From an uncultured Bacillota bacterium (GTDB lineage Bacteria > Bacillota > Clostridia > Christensenellales > UBA1242): 64,000 bases of DNA. The position numbers and the translations under genes were made by a program. The DNA lies in contig URWY01000001.1 of the NCBI GenBank assembly GCA_900551705.1, forward strand, positions 87,953 through 151,952. The letters are read 5' to 3'. Positions 26,701 to 34,900 of the stretch are shown one piece after another; position 1 is the stretch's first letter; every line of letters begins with the position of its first letter. The notes below the pieces were generated by a model that did not search any database, had not been told where the DNA came from, and saw only the letters and a program-made list of their open reading frames with translations.

Positions 26701-28876
26701 AAAACCAAGTGAAGGCGAATCAAGCTTATTTACATTGCCAACCACAGTCCCAACGAAAGAAAATTTTGTATTTGCTGGCTGGAGCGATGGAACTAAGACA
26801 TATCCAGCAGGTGAAACAATTCAAGTGACAGGTAACATGACTTTAACTGCTCAATTCGTGGATAAGTCTTACACACTAACATTTGTTGGTGGTAATGGTG
26901 CTACTGGAGAAATGGCAGATCAAACTATCACAGCAACTGAGTATACTCTTCCAGAGTGCACATTTATTGCACCAGCTGGAAAATATTTCTCTGGTTGGAC
27001 GATTAAAGGAACAAAATATGTTGTAGGTAGCGAAATAACATTGTCTGACACGCTTGTTGAAAATGGCAAAATCACAATAACTGCAAACTGGAAAGACATT
27101 ATTCATAATGTTACAATAAATATTCCAATTGCTGATGTTACGATTGAAGGTGTAACAGCAAATGCTAATGGAGAACTAAAAACATCAATAACATATGATG
27201 ATATTGATTATTCAATTGTCTTTGGTAACGGACAACTTATTATTTCTTACAATTATGCTTTAGACACTGATTCAGAAAGTGCTAACTATAACAAGAGCAT
27301 AAGCCAAGAAATTAATGTTGCTACAATAAACGCTGTTTTAAAAGCGGCAGGAGTAAAAGTTAATGGTAACGAGATTGAGTTGAGCGACTTTACAAACTTT
27401 GTTGTGTTGGGAAATGTTTTCGGCACATCGGATGAAACGCTAGGACAAACAGTTGGTTCAACATTTACATCAATTCCAGCAGGAAAAACTGGATCTATCC
27501 TTTTGGGATATTATGGAACAGTTTCTGGAACAGCATTAGCAGAAAACAATTATTTCAGAACCGTGACCTATACATACAAGGGAGTTGTTGTTGCTTCGCA
27601 AAAAATCTTAATTGGTTATTCGATGGAAGCAAGTGATGTGTTGAGTGTAATTACAAGAGCAGGTTATGTTGATTATGTTGTTGATAAAGATACGGCAGTT
27701 GTTGAATTAAATAAAGAAGCCGGAACTTATGAAGTTAAACTTGAACCAATTAATTATACAGTTACTATTGATGGAAATGGTGTAACTGGCACAGTAACTG
27801 GCGGAACATTCAATATTGAAACATCTTTTACAGTTCCAGAAAACAGCTTTAAGAAAACTGGATATAAGTTTGTTGGTTGGAACACAAGTGCTGATGGAAA
27901 GGGTGATGCATTCAATGCAGGAGATAAGATTGAATATTCAAAATACAAAAACAATTTAACACTTTATGCTCAATGGGAAAAAATTGTTTTGACACTTAAA
28001 TTTGATAAAGGTGCTCACGGCATTGGTGCTGATTCACTTTACGAAGAAATTACTTTGAGATTCGGCGAAAGTTATACGCTTCCAGAAAACAGATTCACTT
28101 CAAATTGGTATTATCAATTCACTAAGTGGGAATGCAATGGTGGTGAATATGATGTTGGAGATATATTTGCATTTGATAACAATCTTGAAAATGATGCAAC
28201 TTATACTTTCACTGCACAATGGGAAGAAAGATGGTTGACTATCAAATTTGATTCTGGAAATAGCAATGCAACAGGAACAATGGCTGATGTCGAATTTAAA
28301 TATAATGATTATAATGATGGCAAATATACATTGCCAGAAAATGGATTTGCTCGTCTTGGCTTTGAATTTGCTGGTTGGAGTTACACTTTGGTTTATGAAG
28401 ATACAAGTGGTCAATATCAAACAACAAGAGTTGGTCAAACTGGTGAAGAGTTGGAATTGGATAACTTGTTTGCAAGAGTAGAAGATGGAAACATTAAATT
28501 TGTTTATGAAATAACATTAACTGCAACTTGGAGTGCAAAATACACATTTGTATTAAAGGTAAATCCAAATTCAAATGCATTACTATTCCCAGGACTTCAA
28601 TTAGACTCGTATGATCAAATACCAATTACTTTGACATCTGAAAGCCTTGAAGCGGGTTATACAATTGTAAATCCAGGATATGTTGTAACAAGCGGAGACT
28701 ACACATTTGCAGGTTATTCATTGACAGAAGGTGGAACAACGGCAGACTTCGAAGTTGGGACAGAAATTGATTTGTTAACATTCTTCGATTCAAATGGCAC
28801 AATTAAAGCAGAGTATGCATCTTGTCTTGAAGGAAACACATTTACTTTGAACTTGTATTCAGTATGGGCAAAATAA
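8735..28876 (+). CDS. giant surface lipoprotein (6713 aa): Ig-like domains, about 7 GLUG-type beta-helix modules, C-terminal Listeria-Bacteroides repeats
   Basis: Single uninterrupted ORF. AAGGAGG SD at 8723-8729. Signal peptide MKKIAKIFTFLILIFCGVVFASCGK with a lipobox Cys. N-terminal Big_2-like segment. Dozens of G-G-[LIV]-[VAI]-G ... N-[CS]-Y motifs (GLUG-like). C-terminal F[AV]GW...[LV]YAQW repeats (Flg_new type). Confidence 0.9.
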   Translation: MKKIAKIFTFLILIFCGVVFASCGKGSAMPTISASETNFEIVIGTDESKTFDVTLSDYGNGSDSVRVESYEQNRIIDITTEKIRDGLTRVTVKPLYPGKATIKISSITHNAKPIEVTVNVILPVGDIEINKTLENKLYAIKGESLDFSSLDLINYMAISTGIEGLKNVQTNQIGVTYTLENVLVDDGVSIENGKLVVSEGCTLNEVEVRATSIYNSEITKTFKVKILNPITSAVYIDGSKVFENGLLVDGSGDSFAFELYPRESDVTMSQKDVLIYVKAGSEAESINIEKIFDDTKYAVELKNLTYEDGMFKYAYTISALNAGYLEGISFKISYKDYTLGENGNDYFVKSGNLSVASYNLPNSVLVNGNSSTASGLDVLVFENIATIGKGTLLEFTLSPSNLAPEFETIRLWAENYNNCPVSFYKLNATRTSYELVFGYPRDAKDGDTFVCSGIDHNGNAYFDMPVGTKLYVVKNQKFNKTDNTNAVIYASSLNFYDLGLERSKIQFNIKVNPGASSVNRVNYDGTNFTIVNSNLIVSELVENFDIYLAIAPENFDLGTSSIVKLKNSNLADVSGLTVVGSDEKYLYVKFTLSPKKLGSTKLTIYLCDGFEKEFDLKIISTLDDITIDVSKETESIVDYKENLTGNIGEDSYLVQKLAFKSGTSIQLTKTAYPFTAEYILEYSFYDLTTVKSISQLTISDIFENANFGLTSDILNVDTLKNYSIIQAKTSQSAGKSLIKIDVKGRNADGDGYEHDASHTFYFVVEIYKGVDGFEISSNVHEIYSYETLGDRNAGKSKCEFSVTLQSRFGLPTYLNALELYYGTELVEFNDANRAVLKYEGKDIVVITRNLDGNVWTYSVQALTSDVQNLVFVLKLVEANESKVIGGVVRVVVKDAVEIEDIEIVNVDLNDGIYIENNNFEGDKKEATFEIKYNLYTKDGSEPLNTGLEFELSSNLIALGVKIDANGKITVPAGVGGNGKVLIYPSSNYFASSNGMQEGSKPFVTINIAIANGESEETAIRIDSQDKIDYLKKAPTKHYLLAGNFVLSETMGEFTGGIYGLFNGRNSTLNVTSTMFTKFAGIIKNVDVTGNISAKTENLGIIAYENYGTIENVNVSNFVINNTKTDSYVGVLVGKNYGSITGGEIVATVKGLYVGGVVGLNGKITENAGTENEKTYVGTISDVLFAGNISASNNAGGIAAENEGTIKNCKIEKWSNNKDAFISANENANGYFGAIAGVSSGEISQTYAYSYNDTKYDVSANANVIVGGLVGCVTGGVVSECMTNFSLEGNGEKVGALVGEIENGSVVNCYTLSKVSNASAKALAISGEDKISNSYSRAYYVENGTNTYLKQTGGEKVFVAGDYDTLTNFNLALQNNLKDENLWGYDASINNGSLYLVNASAPKVVDKINININETDSSKYMYSEKDGTINIVMYLYKVLESLSDGVAKSQLNNLNIISLEEIFGKNNNLLFNLTASSSISFVGNELRISGVGKTEVNVTSKYASTSCREQKIVFYVIYPIQDFNLYHGSSSMNPSTIIKNGDVDQVGYSKTETYASNVKATVLLNGANYSIFTNLFAIGFEIKSGENDANRILNGVGSIYNNKGNSSFDDSYKFISEGTYTLSPSNYTFNENEDERFTIETILALQNNGLGTYLGNIKDSDFDIINELISKNFNKNYEVQVVRGASRIQTTLTDSELSPSNVLNFDVVAISDKKDENIIVEIYENDMLVGASNTRDEKAIFDVTAVKSTKVGNNHNFNVYVSVKSDIRKTISKVREFKIKISDSESKVVSTLNLTLIPQEVVSISQSHYAADNTKSNGFTINTNPTTVLRPGKNGLLAINLYPDYAAYSKIEIESAVVNGEYYVLFEQMINSQNNDYINASGTIGYSSERNTNKLTIYHSEQLAKDNGMIYVRTKIVDTVKEGVYFPITIKVYPADPTKEVKTTTIVLSAETINKAQITVDGKKDAVISRGNYVDFEVAVNEDQELRDIRCVNYEQSKLGGDYINIVYNTAEYEIRDGKKIYSGRIRAGLNAEINGDGKVVIQTIMRKMINGKLEPEYDSITLSIVDFTVDGMYIEGKAEDDNVFVAPIQLRQDLTFGFKLSSTPAYNSASQDEQDAAHRIAKNKEFFLKNIALNINYKSNDNNTDYNYLYTFNKDKLTFSNNTIEQTGEGENKQNKNGYSFGLSENGEINANLAYNLYYKNSDTSYFDENGVKNTNNYFDVIVDKDENDKPLSSRTFSINGLRSGNIPMQIKIAYTLPGDHNVINYFTYDFTIKVQIYEDEDTPIAIKTEEEFIRYMNSTTTESGEPANYILMNDLYLTDFTPIANTDMIASLDGNNKIITIRNFNISSMLNNNSNQTLNLALFQNVGENTTLKNLTINLYELEDIIINEDLVSNANIAGLFIENYGIIYNCEVTALNLAKAYNTDVLKKAGIVSSSVDQDLNKAYRFASHSDGNGIRVYFSAENHGKLKKDSTTVQIAGLGITNFAAGRITNSRVGNTTFTKVFMTDIAQNKSADYSFAAEHLTLLGQADIAGVVLRNGGVIASSFFSNGYITNLAVSGTASKTAGFAIYNEFGGIITGSYVKSFKKATEINSKYCTDGGIYAEGISAGFVYENSSKISDCYANLLLGGSLSGRLVSGFVYSNTTTGEVERCYSAATITGKLTTRMPFSGNNARGDSMQLGKFTNCYYYVQNYDTETLLEEKYSTGAYAILASLVDSDLLYGFAYTSDSKELIGSAVDGVWRYVNGEITLTSANEVAISVRYLIENYNGQEGARRFPYVSGYEYGSSKNPIIIRTADEFNRAFGQETGLKENAYYAISQKYNKNDGTVFGNYRLISHIDFNNLQNIAATKVASSLMTLTGKSTAQGGIFDGNGLTISNVEIALSEHTSVGLFSQIVSGAVFKNVNLTVKQVSAGNGVTVGGVTGLVYSSSLINIDLQATNLKGENRSEINGVNVIGGIVGVVQGDSKLSNLSSSISVISNYRGDSEYKRSQTEFSDLSYAGGIAGIIDIFKSAGESTVSVSTAQVNKLAVSGESIIVEAFYVGGVVGYVGESTKVSDIRFEISGSANFDQKINSTGSTAGGIVGVNKGDLSEIRIEHEDDIQKQIEDSIAGYNKNGSSRYGNTTLFGDVITTNDVKVQYVGGLVGQMISGNLLNSYAKVDVSLSSAEYAGGLIGYNNSNGIFDQVYALGDVDGSTAGGLIGLNEGSTTIKHAVAINFYSKQNSNLLEALEQVSNSNSFDLSKADKTIDEENNLILTTNFGNLNVQYKFEPQVRENALSISTVKPFGNNSLIIVRINNEYFIRTGAGISDNWTINTDSNYEKSYNQDGNTLYVKDGRLYKTYNTANNKLSNEITNFAPTYYLESISISENGVDILTATARQNQLDANGNIISFNVNNIGSLVGKKLTELRIGVEVFANKSFTFNNVKLILNNNNINNVKDLIKNLDNYGGVAADGALLNRMFLAANDAWDANMWAKDSDDMLPYLIFGVVSKVLYIEKPKDFERLWKYSGEGYVVIIGDDPATAFNPYKYDPKDSSTFGEFTSADLAGLSVGQNELYFNLSGIQETFVPSEFKGTLYGEREGVKYYINGLTEKSLFSKVNGGVIRNIAFGYEDETKQNSNVHATTLLADNITSNALIENITVKKISLNIKTSGGNVGVLANTIDGIENLKDIHFDNVILTLENENNNENKDEQAKVKAGMLSGELSAGEMSAVAIIENVTFTNSKINIQGAKYNQVCVGYLAGHLTDSKSLITKSEVTVTDCSISINSDMTNDAYVGGYFGKSDTSTTINDTDKAYDGIKNVTIDFSGVQTGKVYAGLMFGKGQNIVIQSGMNLTGEIKNGSNYAFAYVGGLAGEANGEFSNIKINAKDKNLTNVKVKSNNTFTSTIGGLIGHTSGLTTINEENNIYGNILVNNSIENSENSSFVAVGGVIGSIGAGLTINATLTVGSGDATKNNEIKVTSGVNDNYTGGVVGYINQNAATISGTVHVYTNINVIGKKLSAGGIVGYVGVANADAVAGAGTIVAIGNSEGDEQNFTFNGDIDATITTADYNIYLGGIVGYLIGANSKEYTKVENGVNTVLSNQSKIDKTSFKGGAIYIHKGNSAAITIPSLNVGGLVGYMNHTFISGGCVSGGIQIDLGNDTDDTKVTITNANIGGVVGSVKGGEKENNKTDYVGVIGTKSWGNIKLGNNMNVEKLYIGGVVGIAASNAWWRFGGNRTLTSIYNTNLGTNNKADNIRALVGSAPDVVNSGNNGVSTGQVDNTLDNSYSHMFNLAVDKEDFGSNSSTLNSSDAFIVNKKDLFGEDLITGSKLKPENINSSSQFGTNEAFNIKNMKYYIANGDISLKNDLIYANAHLIGNGKKWEVSTDGKSGSPIKTNNGYVSGFKFILKSKYVLNNGSSLANAAPNGIANINNGIIFANSVEVFNKDNSYEESHQTNSINSGVVGTNNGLISDTGAILQIKNALAGFVFENNGTILNSYVNGVVHNGAMYSFNGAKKDAGYVSNCYTSVRQGGVIDSATGENPIFNGTLNNVYYDRNGVETEQTEQTGATKKITNEMSAYNDSNTNADFVKSINNIITRFASNYEYNFGYPMLNAGAYKDCGYLQSSTGRGNASNNALKVPNVGKLEQIQSGNIKNVEIITNLDYQTSGIGSHKQIDCIVGFEGNNYSINNIPGNENAGNTKNGGFFGSIGITETRKEHTANGSRWTGNSWVEWSVNDYKYKFYFNEWSQESDNYVLHQTLVISTGTKEEGKTIASWDNGTRYGKKYSWTIGNDYFSLYPGADSYYFIKGYYSQVNITENSYIQNIEFNYAKNSTVGSDSLATVGAVANMFAGTFENVRSSGATVKGKTYVGGLVGYMMNSSVSGCFNFNDISVTKPSNNYLIAIGGLVGYAEATDFGTTNRNGNYGNVSAGGQISNAFDIKAYVGGIVGYANKMIKNMIENSFNIGKISNEIYKTYDTVKAFAGGIIGGNSFGTINETAVLAFLLTRTGSNKPEEMLRNLYNYGQIRSANIAGGIIGDLEVCDAENVFNFGQVVVNSGSDAFAGGIAGVISVFNCTIKNSGNEGPVSGTGARWVGVGGIVGGGVVDLNEVGGCNDSKKITGTIKGCYNSGELYCSNTSNQDGYVGGIAGGNISSIDGCSMTGTIKISDDETFGWIMGSAWDGASITNCYAEPSTVVVENKNAQKDPGQNNHTTGDKFYLDYTYGIAVGSYGPGDTYFGEKSRSNSSYSFQLMCNLLGNNRSAGSGSGNRVRFTENVKLTEISISYHYYLYNPGGPWGIGSGWEHQYSGYVHCCNGNGFLNLSAGTYSIDGIFKEWELKSSGSVPSASGGLTASYANDASMLQSTLFENAHALDWTNQVSEDNQPKYNNGIVEIENAGQLAYISKNASDYAYASIKLINDIDLTGYIWTPIGATAILYSQIIENGGTGWTGNQYSNWRQYTFTALNNLGTVTLKYFSDRGGYVNYEILINDEVVMPCWKDAQKPGTSREEKFIYNGNTWNVKVDSSYWNIDIKTEGIVNFEGSFDGNGYTISGMAAYHWGYAGLFANIDSRNAGTNFNEFKNVRIVNSVVQSHKWAGTIAGQLAGASCPTIIYNNIIQANVYSSMTNGAASVIGRMGDNGNGYKGFIVGNAVNSNQEKYASSDSGYLNAGNNAPAITVRTNYEEYRKWGYIFGTAKWRWTSHALETSIAGDLIYQNSSFTIASFTRFDDQLFISGDNLKSYKYSFSNIKRYSTSRESYLQGDLRWDEYTWTFDISVSGNYDTIFDFEIDNNFSYSYNGSNSSTDINRYDSNSKYFDSNYDFELNVYDGNRLIKSLKYVSGVEYSFANDIKPYTLAGNAITGYRIMGYSSVLTKDELTYSDLSKYVIMKSVEIEIVRGDSEITFNVGNDGNASKTYSYTSAGKNGWIFTDENENQVEWYTPTGRTGYWVDANGNVFTEDNIKSNLGSFVLYWIDNPSKDYGMSTYFYSITLELNGGSMGESTDDISSYVLKPSEGESSLFTLPTTVPTKENFVFAGWSDGTKTYPAGETIQVTGNMTLTAQFVDKSYTLTFVGGNGATGEMADQTITATEYTLPECTFIAPAGKYFSGWTIKGTKYVVGSEITLSDTLVENGKITITANWKDIIHNVTINIPIADVTIEGVTANANGELKTSITYDDIDYSIVFGNGQLIISYNYALDTDSESANYNKSISQEINVATINAVLKAAGVKVNGNEIELSDFTNFVVLGNVFGTSDETLGQTVGSTFTSIPAGKTGSILLGYYGTVSGTALAENNYFRTVTYTYKGVVVASQKILIGYSMEASDVLSVITRAGYVDYVVDKDTAVVELNKEAGTYEVKLEPINYTVTIDGNGVTGTVTGGTFNIETSFTVPENSFKKTGYKFVGWNTSADGKGDAFNAGDKIEYSKYKNNLTLYAQWEKIVLTLKFDKGAHGIGADSLYEEITLRFGESYTLPENRFTSNWYYQFTKWECNGGEYDVGDIFAFDNNLENDATYTFTAQWEERWLTIKFDSGNSNATGTMADVEFKYNDYNDGKYTLPENGFARLGFEFAGWSYTLVYEDTSGQYQTTRVGQTGEELELDNLFARVEDGNIKFVYEITLTATWSAKYTFVLKVNPNSNALLFPGLQLDSYDQIPITLTSESLEAGYTIVNPGYVVTSGDYTFAGYSLTEGGTTADFEVGTEIDLLTFFDSNGTIKAEYASCLEGNTFTLNLYSVWAK

Positions 28877-28915
28877 CACCTTAATTAGGTGAGTTAGACA
28901 AAGGGAGAAACTAAC

Positions 28916-31900
28916 ATGAAGATAAAAAGATTTATAGTATTGATCCTTGCAATGATTATCGGAATTATTCCGATAGTCTTTGCTGGATGCGGTGGAGTTG
29001 ATACTAACAATCTATCAATTACAATGATAACGAAAGAAGATAGCGTGGAAGGTGATTTCAAAGTCATCAATTTATCTGTTGACGATGAAGAACAAATTTC
29101 GCGCGAACTTACATTTCAAATTGTAAATTGGCAAGACGGCATGAGTGCTGGTGTTACTTTCTCCACAGACTCTAACGCGGTTGAGATTTCAGACAGGCAA
29201 TATTTGTCTGGCGGACGAGTAAAAATTAAAATAACAGCAAAATCGGGCGGAAGTGCGATTATTACTGCAACAACTCAACAGTATTCTAAACAAACAAGCA
29301 TCCTCGTTAGAATTTCTGAAAAAATCTCAGATTTTAATTTGAAAAATAATATTGAAACAATTTATTTTGAAAAAGGCAGTGAATTAAAACTCAATGCTGA
29401 AAACTTATTTAACTTTTATCCAAGCAGCACAACTCAAAGAGAATTGAAGGCTTATAACGGCGAAAATTTAATCACGAACGAAAATGGCGAACATATTCTC
29501 AGTGGTTTGGAAGAAGACACAACAATAACATTTGTGAGCGAGAATTTAGATGGAATTTCAAGAAATGTTTATGTAAAAGTTATTGAAAAACTTGAAAATG
29601 ACGATATTTTATTAGAAAAATTGATGCTTTCTAATAAAAATGAAAGTTTTTATACACAAATTAACAGTGGCGACACGCTACAAATTTTAAAAAATAACAA
29701 TGCTAAAACGATTGAAAATTTTGATGTTGCATACAATGAAAGGCAAATTAAACTCACAATTAATTGCAATCAAACAGATTTAAAAGTTAAAGCAGTTGTT
29801 TACACAAAAGACGGCAACAACTGGGTCAAAAATGACTTACTTGTTGCAAATATTGTTCAAAACGGAACATTAACAAATGGCAAATATGAACATATTTTCA
29901 AATTTGAATATGCTGGATTCAATCAAATGAAGGTTGTGTTCACATATCAAATTGGAGAATATACATATTCAACAAATAGCGAATTGTATTTTGATTGCGT
30001 GGAAGCGCCAATTAATCTAGCCATAAATAAGGATATTTCAACAAATCAAGAAATAACTATTTATGACCCAACAGAAGGTTATATTGGCAAAAACTTAACA
30101 TTTGCGGTATATCCACAAAATTGTATTGATTACAATATTAACTTATTATTAAACGCAAATGCTGACAGTATTTTAAAGGTTTTAAATTCAAAAGGAATTA
30201 ACAAAGCTAGAGAAGATGCCAGTGAGTTTAACTATAAAAGCAAGATTTCTTTATCCAATAATGAATCAATCAGAATTTCTGCTATCAATGCAGTTGATTT
30301 TAAATCTGTTGATGTTGTGGCTGAGATAAGATACACATTTGAAAATGTAACTTATGTTATAAATTACACAATCAAAGTGAATATCAAGCGCTCGCCAACA
30401 GCAATGGTTATAACTGATGATAAGTTCGCAGATGGTGAACTTGCAGGAACAGTTACAGAATATACAAAATATATATTTGACTTAAACAGTGGCAAAATTT
30501 TGGACGAAAACGGAAATTTGATAGATAATTTCGGTAAAAACACATTAAAACTTTATGTTTATGCTGAACTTGACGGAATTTTGGAAAGTGGACATGATTT
30601 CGTAATTGTCAACAATTTAGGCATTGTTAATGTAGAAAATACTGAAAACAATGAAATATTAATCACTGCAAAAAGTGTTGGAACTGGCTCGTTCTTTGTT
30701 GTTTTAGACAACGGAATGAGAAAATATTTCAGTATTGAAGTTATTGAGTCGCTTTCAAAATTGGAATTATCTTTCCCAACTCCAACGCAGAATTCAAACA
30801 TCTATTTAAACAAAAAATCAAGCGAAAGTGGATATTTATTTGAAATAATTGCACTTACAGGTGCAAAAATTCCACCAATAGTTGTAAAAAATGGAAATTT
30901 AATTTCTTACGACTTTGCTGGTGAAGGTTTTAATTACACAAATGGCTATATCATCGGTCAAGAAGATACAGATGGATTTGTGGAATGTTCATTCACTGCA
31001 ACTCATTATTATTTAGATAGCAACAATGAAAAGCAAGTAAGAACTACAACATATAAATTTAAAATTATGTTCTATTCAAGAATTACAAACTTTTCAGTGA
31101 CTACAAATAAAGGTTCAACAAATTTTGATTTATACAATTTAGCGAATGTTGGTTATTATTCAGAAAAACTAGCGACTGCAATTATCACAATTAATATTGG
31201 GCCAGACGAACTTAGAACATCATTATTAAAAAATATTAAATGGCAAACAAATGTTGGTTGGGACAGCGACCCAGACATTGACGGCGATATTGTTAAATAC
31301 TCAAATAAAGTTTTCACATTCACATTTAACACTGCAACTGGAACAGGCACAATAATTTGTAATGTTGCAAAAATGTATGAAAATGAAAACGGAGAACTTG
31401 TTCCAACAGATTATTTTGATGAAAATGGCAATTTTAGACTTGGTAAAGTTGTTTTAACTGCCACAATCGAAAGAGAGCAAGGCGGACAAGAACTAGACAA
31501 TTTAACAAAGAGTGTTCAATTTGATATTTTAAACAAAACACCAGTTGAAGAAATTGTTGCGAGTGTGAATAGTATTAATATTGATAGGTTTAAAGGCGTA
31601 ATGTCAATTTTCACAACTGTGTATCCAGTTAGCGCAAGCAATAAAGAACTCAGAGCAATTTTCATTCCAAATGATTTGAGTTATGCAAATGCAATTCAAT
31701 TTAAATGGGTTGGTGATAAATTGGAAGTTACTCTTGACACAAAATATCAAAGTGGTCAAGGAATTATTAGGCTTATTGCGATTGATAGTTATTCAACTTC
31801 CGAAACATTTACAACTTACTTAGATATTCCGCTTGTAATTTGCGATGGTAGTGAAGAATATCCATTCCAAATTATGTCGGAAAAAGATTTAAGAATAATG

Positions 31901-34900
31901 ATTGAAACAAACTTTGAAAAGAACTACAACATTATTGGAACAATTGATATTTCAAAATTTGTTGATAATCAAAACGAAGGCTGGAAATATTCACAATACA
32001 TTTTAAAAGGTAAAATCAAAGGAATAAACAACGCCTGCTTTACAGGAATTGAAATTTCAAGCAAATCAACTTCAAATTCTTATGGCTTGTTTGCTGGTAT
32101 TGATGCCAATGCAAGTATAGAAAATGTTAAATTTGAAGGTAAAATCGATTTAGATTTGTCGTCGGAAGACGCATTAGAAGAATATCAAGAAATAAATATC
32201 GGTTTGGTTGCTGGCTATAACAAAGGTATCTTAAAAAATATATATGTTCTTATGAACACATCTTCATTAAGGGCAAATTATGGATACAAAATCAATCTTG
32301 GTTGCGTAGTTGGCACAAACGAAAATGAAATTATAATTGACTCAAATGCAAACTATAACAGACTTGTAAATTTTGAAAAAGATACTTCATTTACAATTAT
32401 AGATTGTTCCCCAGACAACGATGCAACTCATACATTGTTTGTGGGCGGTGTTGCGGGTAAAAACACTTGGATAATAACAAGCAGTATTCAAAGCAACACA
32501 ATGCTTGTGTATATCAATTTTGTATTGAAATACGAATGGACAGGCACAGGCGCTGGAAAATCACATCGCTTAGGTGATCATGAAGCAATCGGCGGTGTTG
32601 CTGGTTTGTCTGAATATCCTGAAACAACGACAACAATTCTTGGCATATCAGGAATGACTGTTGAAGGAAAAATCGTTGCTGGAAAGATGGCGAACAATAA
32701 ATTTATCGGACATTTTAATAATGTTGGCGGATTAGTTGGCGAAAACTCACTTAATATAACAAATTGCGTATCGCAAGTTGTTGTTAAGGGTAGAGAAAAT
32801 GTCGGCGGCGGCGTTGGATTTAACAACGGCGGAAGCCTTTCAGAAATTAAAATTCAAGCGCTTGAAAAAGGCGATTTAACATTAGTTGTTGGTAACAATA
32901 ATGTTGGCGGAATTGTTGGACAATTCGCAGACGGCAGCATTGAGAAATCAACATTCATAACTTATATTTCTAAACCATTTGACGCAACAAATTATTTGGG
33001 TGATATAGTTGTTTATAACACAGCGATTTCATCACAAGGAGTTCATACCGGCAGAATTGTAGGTTTACTAAATAACAATATAAGGAATATAAATTATGTT
33101 GTTGCGATTGCAAATTTAAAAGCAGATTGCGAAATAAACTTGCCAATCAATGTTGTAAGCACAGAAAATATTGTAATTTATGGGAAAAACAACATATTAA
33201 ACATAACAAGTGATGCAAATTTCATCAATGATAATTTCTTAATGAACTTAGTAAACGAGCAATCTAGCGGACTTGATTTAAGTGGAATTTCAAATCTAAA
33301 TAATTTCATTGAAAAAATTATTGAGTATGAAAATTGGGCTAAAACAAATAACAAAGAAATTTTGACATCATTTATTGTTTTGCCACCAACAAGAATTGAC
33401 CAAAACTTAACCGAAGAGGGTAAAAAACAACAATTAGCAACAAAAACGGGCGATGAATTAATTTTCTATTTAAAATTGCACCAAAAATCAGATGGCTCTC
33501 TTGAAGGATTTAGTTCGTTAAATAAAAATAAAAATGAATATGAAATTGAAACATACATAACTGTAAAAGCAAATTCAAACACAAACTTGGTGTTTACATC
33601 TAGTGACGAAAGCGTGCTTTTGATTGAAGATGGAAAATTTAAAGTTTTGAGAACTGGGCTTGTAAAAGTTACTGTAACTAGCGAATTTAACACTTCACTT
33701 TCAAAACATTTTTATGTTTATGTTGTCAGATATGTTGACGATTTCACATCATTTAGAAAACCAGATAGAGAATCAAGCGAATTAACATCTGGAACATACG
33801 AAGTGTTGAACAAAGGCACAAGTTACATGATGTATTTCAAATACTTAAACAAATACAATGTAAAAGATTATTATGAAAGTCAAGAAATTTTAGTTGCTAT
33901 AAGAGTTGACGGAAGAATAATTTTTGCAACAGGCGAAACAGACAGCGTAACAGGTTTAAGATTTACAAGAATTTCAAATGAAGCATATCAACTTACCGCA
34001 ACTAAATTGCAATCAGAATTTAAAGAAATTTCATTCATTTACTATTTTGAAACAAAAATTGGTGATGATATTTATAACAGAATTGCAGAAATTGAGGGCG
34101 TAGAATATATCAACTTTAAATATAAAGTCATAAATGAAACAACAAAAATTAGTGTTTCGGACCCTGATATTGAAGTTATGCCTTTCTATCAACCACAAGT
34201 TGATGTTGAATTGGTTTCTGAAAATGAAAATGAAAAAATTACAATTTTGTCATATTTAGTTTCAAAAGATGGCACATTAAGTGCAGCATTAAACTTTAAT
34301 TATAAAGTTTGGGTAAATAATCAACTTCAAAATTCAAATGCATTTGAAATAAATGCAAGAAATTACAAAACATTTAGAATTCAATTCTATTTAGAAGAAA
34401 ATGCAAGAGAAATTAAAAGTGATTTGACTTTCAAAGTAGTTATAAGAACATCTAACAATTTGGAAACAAGCGTTTTAGTTAATTTCAAACCGCAAAAGCC
34501 AAATGATATAACAGTTGATTTGTATCCAGAAAAGAGCAATATGAACGATGAAGTTGTTTCAATTCCAAATGACGAAATGTTCTCATACATTGCTTCAAAC
34601 AAAATCGTCCCTGGAACAAATTCGCTTCTTGAATTTATCATTTTCCCAGCGTATTCAAATTATGATTACATTTTAATTAAGAATTTCGCAAGCAACGAAT
34701 ATAAACTCGTGTTTGAATTGTATGACAGAGCAACAAACAAAGCGGTCTTAGGCTCACAAGATGTTGACGGCGGAATTAAAGTTTTGAAATCTGCTATCAA
34801 AAATGGCTGTTTTGGAATAAGAATTTTCTTAGATTCAAGAATTACTGATTTCTCAACTGTTTCAATTGAAATAGATGTCATAAAAGACGAAAAGTCATTG

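Noticed and set aside
28877-28915. CACCT-TAAT-TAGGTG hairpin between the giant genes as a terminator
   Set aside because: The stem is only 5 bp with no U-tract, and the SD of the second gene follows immediately. Co-transcription is more likely.
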